Shown here in pieces: positions 1 to 7,599 of a DNA stretch of 64,000 nucleotides. Position numbers and translations under genes: made by a program. Where the stretch lies: assembly GCA_963823665.1 (NCBI GenBank), contig CAWGMQ010000007.1:320001-384000 (forward strand). Direction: 5' to 3'. Source of the DNA: an uncultured Planctomycetota bacterium (GTDB lineage Bacteria > Planctomycetota > Planctomycetia > Isosphaerales > Isosphaeraceae). The notes under the pieces were generated by a model that made no database searches, had not been told where the DNA came from, and saw only the letters and a list, made by a program, of their open reading frames with translations. Each line of letters opens with the position of its first letter. Position 1 is the first letter of the stretch.

Positions 1-64
1 GGGCAGGTTCAGGGATTGGTCCGTCCGGTCGAGGACCACCGCGTTAGCTCGGAGAGGCGGGCTC

Positions 65-274
65 TTACTTGCTTCTGCGACGACCGCTAATTAACAGCAG
101 GCCACCCGAAAGCAATGCCATGGCACTCGTCGCCAAGCTCGGATCCATCTCAGGGGCTATTGTAGGACCTGCCAGGGCCGGGGCCGAGCAAGCGCTCATA
201 ACGAGGACAAATCCAAGGGCCCACGAAACCGATGGCAAAACCTTCGAGGGCGATTTTTGCGAAACTGGTTTCAT
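65..274 (-). CDS. Minimal signal-peptide + VPEID/PEP-CTERM-like sorting-signal protein (69 aa)
   Basis: Signal peptide ending APALA, then APEMDPS + hydrophobic helix (LATSAMALLSGGLLLIS) + basic tail GRRRSK, the architecture of VPEID-CTERM exosortase targets; GGGAGG SD upstream. Confidence 0.75.
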   Translation of the reverse strand: MKPVSQKSPSKVLPSVSWALGFVLVMSACSAPALAGPTIAPEMDPSLATSAMALLSGGLLLISGRRRSK

Positions 275-429
275 CGACGATACCTCCCTGGCGATTGAAC
301 CGAACCCGGGGCGAAGCGCCGCGGATGTACTTTCGTCAAGATACTGTGACGAGACTGAAATCAGCGGGGGTTCAGCATACGCGATTGTGCTGGAACATTC
401 AACGACTGGCCCGAGTCATCCGTGATTCC

Positions 430-438
430 TGGTATAAT
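430..438 (+). promoter_or_regulatory. Extended -10 sigma70 promoter element TGGTATAAT
   Basis: Exact TGnTATAAT about 40 nt upstream of the ATG at 479, with a GGGGAG SD at 463-468. Confidence 0.6.
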
Positions 439-478
439 CACAAGCAGACGGATTACTCTCGTGGGGAGTCATCGGCCA

Positions 479-685
479 ATGTCTGATTCGGTTCGAGCGC
501 TGCTGGACTCATTCGATGCTGTTTCGGAGACGGAACGCATCGAAGCTGCGGTCGAGATACTCCGGCGCGTGAGGTCGACAAAGTCCGAACTGCCGGATGA
601 CGCGTTGGTGGAAGCTGCGGACAGTTTGTTCTTACTGCTCGACGCCGAGGAAGAGGGCGCTGGGGAACGATCGGACGAACCGTGA
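479..685 (+). CDS. Small acidic helical protein, putative antitoxin-like (68 aa)
   Basis: ORF MSDSVRALLDSFDAVSETERIEAAVEILRR...; has promoter and SD; function is inference from recalled similarity to small proteins preceding PemK/MazF toxins. Confidence 0.55.
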   Translation: MSDSVRALLDSFDAVSETERIEAAVEILRRVRSTKSELPDDALVEAADSLFLLLDAEEEGAGERSDEP

Positions 686-848
686 TTCGGAGGTCAATGT
701 GGTGGGCGACACGGTTCTTTTGTTTCTCCATCACAGTTTCATCGTCAGGCTCAAGGTAACCAGAGTCGTGAAGGGCAAATTCGAATATAGTGATTGTGCG
801 GGTACCGCGAGCTGGTTCTCACTTTGCTGACCGGCATTATAAGGGCGA

Positions 849-1304
849 TTAGAGGCGTGATGCCGCTGACTTTGAGCCGCGGCGCGGCGTTCGCGGCAGG
901 AACGCCGACGGCGCAATAGCGAAGTGCTTGGCGAGCTTGAGGACCTGCCCCTTCGTGAGGGAGCGTGCGCCCGAGAGAACTGCCGAGATGGTGGACTGCG
1001 CGATCCCGACCGATTTTGCCAACTCGGTCTGGCTGAGGCCGTTGGCTCGCATCAGCTCACGCAGCACGTAGGACTCGGAAACATCAGCAATCGGGACGTG
1101 CGCGTCTTCATAGGCTGCGATCAGGTCGGTCAAGACGTCCAGGTAGGCTTGGGCCCCTTCATCCCGGTCTTGCCGCAACAAGTCATTCATTACCTCGAGG
1201 GCCTCATCCAAGTGAGCCTCGTCCCTCAGGTGGATGAGCGGGAAATGCTTGACGAGTTTCAAGTAGGTGTCCGGCACCCTCCGGGCGGTAGCTTTCGCAG
1301 GCAT
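849..1304 (-). CDS. higA: HigA-type antitoxin, Cro/C1 (XRE) HTH
   Basis: N-terminal YLDVLTDLIAAYE segment and C-terminal HTH LRELMRANGLSQTELAKSVGIAQSTISAVLSGARSLT; lies just downstream of a higB remnant. Confidence 0.85.
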   Translation of the reverse strand: MPAKATARRVPDTYLKLVKHFPLIHLRDEAHLDEALEVMNDLLRQDRDEGAQAYLDVLTDLIAAYEDAHVPIADVSESYVLRELMRANGLSQTELAKSVGIAQSTISAVLSGARSLTKGQVLKLAKHFAIAPSAFLPRTPRRGSKSAASRL

Positions 1305-1307
1305 CTG

Positions 1308-1480
1308 TCAATTCCTCCTCGTCCGCGAATGAGTAGTTTTCGTCCCGGATGCTGGGGACTTCTTCGCGCCCGGTAGCGGGCTCGGCGGTGGCTGGTATCA
1401 CCCGCAATCAACGATCCAGCGTGCCTTGTCATACTCTTTGTGGTCCATCACTGACCGCGAAGATGCGATTGGTGAAGGGA
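1308..1480 (-). pseudogene. higB: HigB toxin C-terminal remnant
   Basis: Minus strand reads FTNRIFAV / (frameshift) VMDHKEYDKARWIVDCG*YQPPP...; matches the HigB C-terminal THxEYDK..W motif; internal TGA at 1398-1400, final stop at 1308-1310, 5' part missing. Confidence 0.7.
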
Positions 1481-1483
1481 AGC

Positions 1484-1500
1484 TATCGCAATTTGCGATA
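1484..1500. promoter_or_regulatory. Perfect 17-bp palindrome TATCGCAA-T-TTGCGATA, candidate HigA operator
   Basis: Inverted repeat seen directly, abutting the higB remnant; operator role is inferred. Confidence 0.55.
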
Positions 1501-1586
1501 AGAGGGACCAGAGGCACAGGACGGAGACGCAACAACCCGCAGTACTCGTCCGTGCGACAACGCTTTGGCCCGTTCGCCGAATGGAC

Positions 1587-1616
1587 TTGACCTTTCGCGA
1601 TTATTGCATATACAAT
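1587..1616 (+). promoter_or_regulatory. sigma70 promoter (TTGACC-N18-TACAAT) overlapped by palindrome TTGCATATACAA
   Basis: -35 at 1587-1592, -10 at 1611-1616, palindrome at 1604-1615, AGGAGG SD at 1631-1636. Confidence 0.65.
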
Positions 1617-1645
1617 GAACGTGGCGATCGAGGAGGCTGACGATC

Positions 1646-2095
1646 ATGAGTGAAACGACGAACAGCAGCATTGATGTCATCGCGCGGACGTGTGTCGCTG
1701 CGCGGATGCGGTTGCTGAACAGGGTCGTCACGAACTTCTATGATGACGCTCTTCGGCCGCTTGGGCTGAAAATCAGCCAGTTGAACATTCTGATTGCGAC
1801 GGCGAAACTTGGCGAGGCGCGGCCTGGGCAGGTCTGCGAGATCCTTCAACTGGATACATCCACTCTCAGCCGGAACGTCGAGCGGATGCGCGCCAACGGA
1901 TGGATCGAGATCGTGCCCGACGAGCAGGACGCCCGCATGCAGACGTTTCGCCTGACTGCGCAGGGCAGGCGATTGATCGAACGCGCCGTGCCGGCGTGGG
2001 AAGCCGCTCAGCGACAGGCGGCGGAACTGCTGGGAGAGGGCGGGATTGCCCTCCTCGAAAAGGCGGCGAAGAAGTTGCGCGGTTCAAAAGCCTAG
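1646..2095 (+). CDS. MarR family transcriptional regulator
   Basis: CVAARMRLLNRVVTNFYDDALRPLGLKISQ...LDTSTLSRNVERM...DARMQTFRLTAQG winged-helix pattern. Confidence 0.92.
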   Translation: MSETTNSSIDVIARTCVAARMRLLNRVVTNFYDDALRPLGLKISQLNILIATAKLGEARPGQVCEILQLDTSTLSRNVERMRANGWIEIVPDEQDARMQTFRLTAQGRRLIERAVPAWEAAQRQAAELLGEGGIALLEKAAKKLRGSKA

Positions 2096-2128
2096 CGATG
2101 ATCGCGTCGTGTTTTTTTCGCAATATCG

Positions 2129-2140
2129 TTGTATATACAA
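2129..2140. promoter_or_regulatory. Perfect palindrome TTGTATATACAA, candidate second MarR operator
   Basis: 11/12 identical to the palindrome at 1604-1615; ends 12 nt before the ATG at 2153. Confidence 0.65.
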
Positions 2141-2152
2141 AGAGAGGCTGTC

Positions 2153-3508
2153 ATGGTGAAGCTTGCTGAACACCCCACTGTGCGGCGATTCCGTGAGAGG
2201 GAACGTCAGCGAACGAACTCGGCGGCTGCGGCCGCGCCGGCGGTTCTCGACGCAGCGTGGCTGCGTCAACTGTGTCTCGATTGCGGGGCAGATGACGCCG
2301 GATTGGTTGAGTTGAGCCGGCCGGCGCTCGACGGGCAGCGGGAGGACATACTTCGATATTTCCCGCACGCCAGGACGTTGCTGAGCTTCGTTTGCCGGAT
2401 GAACCGGGAGCCGATTCGCAGCCCGGCGCGGTCAGTTTCAAACCTGGAGTTTCACGGGACGTACGACCATTCCAATGAGGTTGCGCGGAAGGTTGTCGCC
2501 GCACTCGAGGCGAAGGGCGTTCGCGCGATGAACCCGTCGGCGGGGTTTCCGATGGAGCAGGACCGTTTTCCGGGAAAGATCTGGGTTGTCGCGCACAAGC
2601 CGGTGGCTGTGGCGGCGGGGCTGGGACAGATGGGCATTCACCGGAATGTGATCCATCCGCGGTTCGGCAATTTCATCGTGCTCGGCACAGTGCTGATCGA
2701 TGCGGAGGCTTCCGAGTACAGCCAGCCGATTGATTACAATCCGTGCCTGGAATGCAAGCTGTGCGTGGCGGCGTGCCCGGTCGGGGCGATTTCACCAGAG
2801 GGCGACTTCAACTTCGCGAGCTGCATGACCCACAACTACCGGGAGTTCATGAGCGGATTCGGGGACTGGGTGGAAAAGGTGGCCGATAGCAAGAACGGGC
2901 TGGATTACCGCACCAAGGTAACCGCTTCGGAGACGGCGTCGATGTGGCAGTCGCTGGCGTTCGGACCGAACTACAAGGCGGCTTACTGCCTGGCAGTTTG
3001 TCCGGCGGGCGAGGATGTGATCGGGCCATTCCTGGCGAACCGGGGAACTTTCCTGAAGGACACGCTCCGGCCACTGACGGACAAGGAAGAAACGATCTAC
3101 GTGATTGCGGGCTCGGATGCCGAAGAGCACGTGCCGAGGCGGTTCCCAGCGAAGACGGTCAAGCGGGTGGACAGCGGCATCCGGGCGCGGAACATCGAGG
3201 GGTTTCTGTTCGGGTTGAAGTTGCTGTTCCAGGCGGGCAAGTCGGCGGGCTTGAGCGCCCTCTATCATTTCACGTTCACGGGGAAAGAGTCGAAGAAGGC
3301 GACGGTGGTGATTCGCGATGGCAAATTGGAGGTTCAGGACGGTCATCAGGGAAAAGCGGATTTGCGCGTGACGGCCGACAGCGAGACCTGGCTGGGGTTC
3401 GTGGCGAAGGAGCGGAGTTTGATCTGGGCACTCTTGCGCCGGCGGATTCGGATTGAGAACGGATCGCCGAGGTTGCTGGTCGCGTTTGGGAGGTGTTTTC
3501 CGACGTGA
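2153..3508 (+). CDS. QueG/reductive-dehalogenase-like 4Fe-4S protein with C-terminal SCP2 (sterol carrier) domain
   Basis: HKPVAVAAGLGQMG...HPRFGNFIVLGTVL core; CLECKLCVAACP ferredoxin motif; later C...YCLAVCP; C-terminal YHFTFTG...ATVVIRDGKLEVQDGHQGKADLRVTADSETW is SCP2-like. Confidence 0.8.
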   Translation: MVKLAEHPTVRRFRERERQRTNSAAAAAPAVLDAAWLRQLCLDCGADDAGLVELSRPALDGQREDILRYFPHARTLLSFVCRMNREPIRSPARSVSNLEFHGTYDHSNEVARKVVAALEAKGVRAMNPSAGFPMEQDRFPGKIWVVAHKPVAVAAGLGQMGIHRNVIHPRFGNFIVLGTVLIDAEASEYSQPIDYNPCLECKLCVAACPVGAISPEGDFNFASCMTHNYREFMSGFGDWVEKVADSKNGLDYRTKVTASETASMWQSLAFGPNYKAAYCLAVCPAGEDVIGPFLANRGTFLKDTLRPLTDKEETIYVIAGSDAEEHVPRRFPAKTVKRVDSGIRARNIEGFLFGLKLLFQAGKSAGLSALYHFTFTGKESKKATVVIRDGKLEVQDGHQGKADLRVTADSETWLGFVAKERSLIWALLRRRIRIENGSPRLLVAFGRCFPT

Positions 3509-3623
3509 GAACCGCGAGGCGATAGAGACCGACATGGCAAGGGACGACGCTCGGGGACTTATTGTGGCGTTGCCGGGCTCGGGTATACGGTGTGCCAGAT
3601 GCGCGTTCATCCAGGAGGGAGCC

Positions 3624-5070
3624 ATGAAGGCCGGACGTAATGATCCCTGCCCATGCGGCAGCGGCAAGAAGTACAAAAAGTGTTGCCTGGGCACGGACCG
3701 AGTGGCTTCGGCAACACAGGCGATTGCCATTTCGAACCCGCGTTCGGCGACCGGGTCGGCTGGGTCGGATTCGTTCTACACCAAACCCAGCGAGACGATC
3801 GGCTCAAGCGAATCGGCACACGCTACCAGAGCGCCGGAACCGCCATCTCCGCCGGACCCCATCGTCGAGCGGGCCGACCGCCTCTGGGAGGAATTCGAGT
3901 CTCAATCCGCGGAAGGGCGGATCGCCGTCTTCCTCGGCGCCCTGGAAGATGCTGAGGTGATGACTGACGACATTGCCTACGAGATGTTGGATCGGCTTCG
4001 TTCGGACGCGATGAAATACGGTGACCGCCGGCGATTTTGCGAATTCGTCGGCGCACTTCGTGAGCGACGGCCCGAGGTCTACGAGCAGAGCGCTTGCTAC
4101 TATTTGTCCTCGTGCGTCCGGGACGCTCTCGCAGAGAGCCGGCTGGAGGCGGTTGCCTCCCTCTCCGGCGAGCTCGCCGCCCGGGCCGGGGGCGACATCG
4201 ATCTGTTCAACCGCGCCGTGGAGGCTCTCGAGTATCATGGCCAATTGTCCGTTCTTGTGGCGAGGCGTGAAATCGTCCGAGAAGATCGTGCCCTGGGGTG
4301 TCTCGGAATTCACGAATAAGGGGGCCGACTACGAGATCTTCGACTACCTCGAACACACGAGCTCGCCCGATCCGACCGATCCTGTCCTTCTCGAGAGTGT
4401 CAGGTTCTATGTGGAGGACCCGCGCGAGGAATACCTGCGCGAGTTCATCAGCGATCTCACGGGGAGGTCCGGACGCCAGTGGCGAATGGATGACTTTGCC
4501 CTGAGGCGACGAAAGAAAGCCGCCGACAAATGGGACGATGACGGGGAGGGACGAGCGGCCCGGGACCCGGCAGCCATCAACCTGTCGCGGCTGATCAGCG
4601 AGTTCGTCGGCTACATGCGCCGGGAGGAAGGAGTGCCCTTCCCGCGCGGCCAACTCGTGAGGCACGAACTCTATCGTTATTTCATCCGCCGGCATGAGGG
4701 CCAACTCGACCCGCAGCCGAGCTTGCTGGATCGAGCCTTGCGCCCGAATCAGAGACCTCCGAAGCCACCACCGCCGGCGCATCCCCTCTGCCCGGAACGC
4801 GTCACGCTGGAAGTTTTTCTCGCGGGCATGGTGGGCTTTTTTAATGCTCTGGTTCACACGTCGTCGGCCGTGTTCCAAGCCATACCGGCGTGGTTGCGTT
4901 TTCTGGAGTCGCGGGGACTGGTCGACGCTGACTTGCGCCAGAATGTGGCGGAGGAGTTGCTTCCCTTGCACGGGGTGCTGTCGCAGATGTGGCAGACTTA
5001 TACGCACGATCCAGCCTTGGATCACCAAGGGCAGGTCTGGCCGGCAGATGCAGCGAGGGGGCCATCATGA
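3624..5070 (+). CDS. SEC-C motif protein (frameshifted near 4260)
   Basis: MKAGRNDPCPCGSGKKYKKCC after a GGAGG SD; coding continues in the overlapping ORF 4021..5070. Confidence 0.75.
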
Positions 5071-5687
5071 GGGTGACAGACCGACGGGTTTAGTCGTCGG
5101 GTATGCGATGCTCTACGCCTCATGTGGCGTAATCGCAGAATGTCATTTAGCGCGGGAAAGCGCTGATCCGTACCCAGAGTGTCTCGGCTGCGTCGTATAC
5201 ATCCTGGTCGCTTCCTGGATGCGCGCCCGAGATCGTATCGATCAATGTGCCGAAACCGTCCGGCACGAGCGGCAGTTGTTTGGCCATCTCACGCAGCCGT
5301 GCGTTGCCTGTGCGCCGTGGTGCCATAGATGCCGACGGCGAGGATTACCGGACCGTGCAGGAGGAGCGCGTCGGCCATGATCTGACGGGCAGACGCGAGT
5401 CTTTGCACGTTCGACCGGCCGGGCCCTGCTGCGGGAGTCGAACATTCAGCATGTGCGGAGATTTCTCACGGTCGTTGCCGAGATCGTCGGTTTCTTTCGG
5501 ACGCGGTGGGTGGGAACCGGCACCACGGACCAAGTATATGTCAATCGGGAGCGAGGGAAAGAATCTCTTGACGGTCACGAGATTTGCAGGAAGCTGGTAT
5601 TGGGCTCAAGGAAACCTTTGAAGTGGCGCTGGGCGAGACTCGGATATCCGGTCGCTCAGCGAGGCATGTCAAAGGGGTTGCTCATCC

Positions 5688-6173
5688 ATGCAAGACGTTC
5701 GGAAGAAGCTGACCGGGATCACTGTCCGGGTGGTCGGCTGGACGGGGATCGCAGCGCCCTTGGTGCGGATTCTGGTGGACGACGTCGCCGTGGGAATTCT
5801 GAAGGATAAACAGACCCAGACATTTCCAATCAATCCCGGGAGGCACCGGATCAAGGCCCGGCGTGACTTTTTCCGATCGCAGGTCCTGGAGTTCGATTTG
5901 TCCGCTCGCCAGGGCGCAGAGTTCGAATGTGGATTCAACAGGGTGCGGCCCTGGTACCGGTCGACGGCGGGCAGAGCCGGGTTGATCGTCGGCTGCATTG
6001 CCAGCGCATTCGGCGTGGCGGCTTTGAAGCTGCCATACTGGTCGGTCTACGTGGTCGTGGGTTTCGCCGTCGTGGCGATGACAATCGGCTGGTGGCGATC
6101 CTACATACCGGCCGGAGCTTACCTCTATCTCAGACGAGTGACCGACTCGAACGGGAGATCCGGGCGGAGTTGA
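5688..6173 (+). CDS. Hypothetical membrane protein (small beta domain + 2 TM helices)
   Basis: 161-aa ORF with two hydrophobic segments near the C-terminus. Confidence 0.55.
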   Translation: MQDVRKKLTGITVRVVGWTGIAAPLVRILVDDVAVGILKDKQTQTFPINPGRHRIKARRDFFRSQVLEFDLSARQGAEFECGFNRVRPWYRSTAGRAGLIVGCIASAFGVAALKLPYWSVYVVVGFAVVAMTIGWWRSYIPAGAYLYLRRVTDSNGRSGRS

Positions 6174-6980
6174 ATTGCGCGAGGCGGTTGCGGATGATCT
6201 GGATTGAGCGTCTGGGTCGCAGCACACGTCGCGAATGATATCGATCGACCGAGGAAGCGAACCATGAACAAAACGACAACCAGTACGTTTTCGGTCTCGG
6301 ATGTTTCGCGTGCCACGACGCCCCTGAGGTGATTCTCCTTGACTTTGAGCACGCCGTCGATGACCGATCGGACGACCGCGCGTGGTGTTTTGATTCGACC
6401 GCGTGTTCACAATTAACAAAGAAATCGCGCAAAGCCGTAGCTCCTGACGTTGCAGCCACATCGATTGAGTGATTGCAGTTTTTTTGGACGCTTTTATTGT
6501 CGATCGCTGAAACCGGTCGCATATTATCCATAGGGCAGAGTCTGCGAACGCGCGATGCTGGCGCGATGGGCGGCTCCCCTTCGCTTTCCGCCCTCCGCGT
6601 CGATCTCCACTCATCCTGGGAACCGTGGTGAAATTCACGCACGGAGTGACATCCAGTGCAGACTACCGCAATGGGCAAAGAGGCTGAGACCAAAACCGAA
6701 ACCCAGGCAGGCCTAGCCGTTGCGCAAGACGGCTGCGTCGCGCTGGCGGCTTTGCCGTGTCGTCGGTTGAGCGCAGGGTTCGCTCCGTCGGACTCTGGAC
6801 TGGGAGGCGATGATCTCCTGTTTTTTGATATCATTAGTTATCATTTTTGGGCCGCGGGAAAGAAGCTGTTGGATCGACCGAAGCCGTTTTCGCATGTGCA
6901 CTTGGGGAGGGCGGTGAACCCGGAGTTGGGGAGTGGAGCGCTCCGCGAGCCGCGCGGTGGCGATTCAGGGCCGGAATCAG

Positions 6981-7065
6981 GACGGAGGACGCAGGGCGGA
7001 GGGCGGAGGGCGGAGGAGGAAGCGCGGAGTGAAGGGAGCCGGAAGACGGAGAGCGGGGATCGGAA
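6981..7065 (+). repeat. Degenerate heptamer tandem repeat (GNCGGAG)n, intergenic
   Basis: gacggag gacgcag ggcggag ggcggag ggcggag ... then decaying copies. Confidence 0.7.
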
Positions 7066-7599
7066 GATACCTTCATCGTGGTATCACTCTGGTATCATTT
7101 CGCACCAGGGGTCGAGAGGCTGGTGGATCGACCGAAGACATGTGCGCATTTGCGTTTGCGGAGGGCGGCTGCACCGGATTCGGGGTCTGTGCCAGGTCGC
7201 GGGCCGCACTGTGGCGATTTTGGGCCAAGGCCGGGCGGTTACGGGCGAGGTTTCGGCGTCGAATTCGACCGATGGCTCGCCACCTCCACGGAGCGAGTGC
7301 GTTCCCGTAGTCCTTATGGCGTAAGGCCGCGCGACGAATGTACAAAACGAAGTGGTCGGTCAGGGTTGAGGGTTGCGCGTCGAGGGCGGGAGCAGTATGT
7401 CCCTTTTCGCAGAGCGATGGGCGACAATGGGGGCGGTGAAAGCTGAATCGGTGGGGGCGCGGTTCGGGGACATTGAAACTTACCGCACGAAGAAGCTGGG
7501 CGGTGGGGTCTTCCCTGCGCCTGCACCCTCCTCCGCCGCCCGCAGTGGCACCTCTTCCACAACGGGGGAGGAATATTTTACGCAAGCTCGGAATGAGGC

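Noticed and set aside
1398..1400. In-frame TGA at a probable Cys position in higB as selenocysteine recoding
   Set aside because: The gene is also 5'-truncated and frameshifted, and no SECIS-like hairpin was evident; simple nonsense decay is more likely
5100..5680. Several short overlapping ORFs
   Set aside because: No recognisable motifs, SD or consistent coding signal
6130..6901. Minus-strand ORF with a lipobox-like VVCTGC
   Set aside because: The rest of the translation is Arg/Ser/Pro-rich and non-protein-like and it crosses an AT-rich intergenic tract; not supportable
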